From an uncultured Chloroflexia bacterium (GTDB lineage: Bacteria; Chloroflexota; Limnocylindria; Limnocylindrales; CSP1-4), in NCBI GenBank assembly GCA_963837825.1, contig CAWIOR010000015.1:710235-774234 (forward strand): 64,000 bases of DNA, given 5' to 3'. The notes below the pieces were generated by a model that worked only from the letters and a program-made list of their open reading frames with translations, did no database searches and was not told the DNA's origin. Position 1 is the stretch's first letter, and each line of letters starts with the position of its first letter. A program made the translations under genes and the position numbers. Shown in pieces: positions 63,953 to 64,000 of this stretch.

Positions 63953-64000
63953 GTGCGAGCCCCCGACCACACCCGCCGCGTCGTCGTCACCGGTCTCGGC
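63953..64000 (+). CDS. fabF: Beta-ketoacyl-ACP synthase (KAS I/II type), first 16 codons only
   Basis: GAGGAG upstream. VRAPDHTRRVVVTGLG matches the usual KAS N-terminus (RRVVVTGxG). Truncated by the window edge. Confidence 0.4.
   Translation, partial: MRAPDHTRRVVVTGLG

Overview
Very GC-rich (by eye about 70%) bacterial chromosomal segment with Actinomycetota-like gene content. I recognised no rRNA, tRNA, CRISPR array, transposase or integrase.

Layout:
- 1-15.5 kb (+ strand): one long, translationally coupled locus. It opens with an HprK-like kinase, a P-loop kinase, a D-2-hydroxyacid dehydrogenase, a PEP-mutase-like enzyme and an ATP-grasp ligase. It then runs into exopolysaccharide genes: NodB deacetylase, Wzz/P-loop co-polymerase, galE, GT4, GT2, Wzy/O-antigen-ligase-like protein and a phosphoesterase.
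- 15.6-27.4 kb: large secreted PKD-repeat protein, ALS-like ThDP enzyme, archaeal-type signal peptidase, an acyl-CoA operon (ACAD / NDP-forming acyl-CoA synthetase / enoyl-CoA hydratase) and a GT39-like membrane protein.
- 27.4-34.5 kb: SHOCT protein, aldehyde dehydrogenase, PPK2, a membrane-anchored repeat protein, a DUF853 ATPase and two tandem DUF4332 paralogs.
- 34.6-44.5 kb (- strand): ilvB-ilvN-ilvC-leuA-leuB-cimA-(orphan LeuA regulatory domain)-pheA supraoperon, preceded by a candidate promoter and leader-peptide attenuator.
- 44.9-50.2 kb: secreted lyase-like protein, then a c-di-GMP module made of a GAF-GGDEF-EAL membrane protein, a DUF5317-like protein, a GEMM-I c-di-GMP riboswitch and a 29-codon ORF.
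- 50.3-64 kb: leuCD, MarP-like protease, DUF885, FAD oxidoreductase, ilvD, M20 peptidase, a secreted protein with a clan-CD-like His/Cys dyad, and a MarR regulator divergent from fabD-(fabF).

Major caveat: most genes between 0 and about 44 kb are broken by multiple +/-1 frameshifts, so their proteins had to be stitched from several ORF-track frames. The 44.9-64 kb stretch is uninterrupted. Coordinates of frameshifted genes are therefore approximate. All family assignments come from motif recognition by eye, not from searches.
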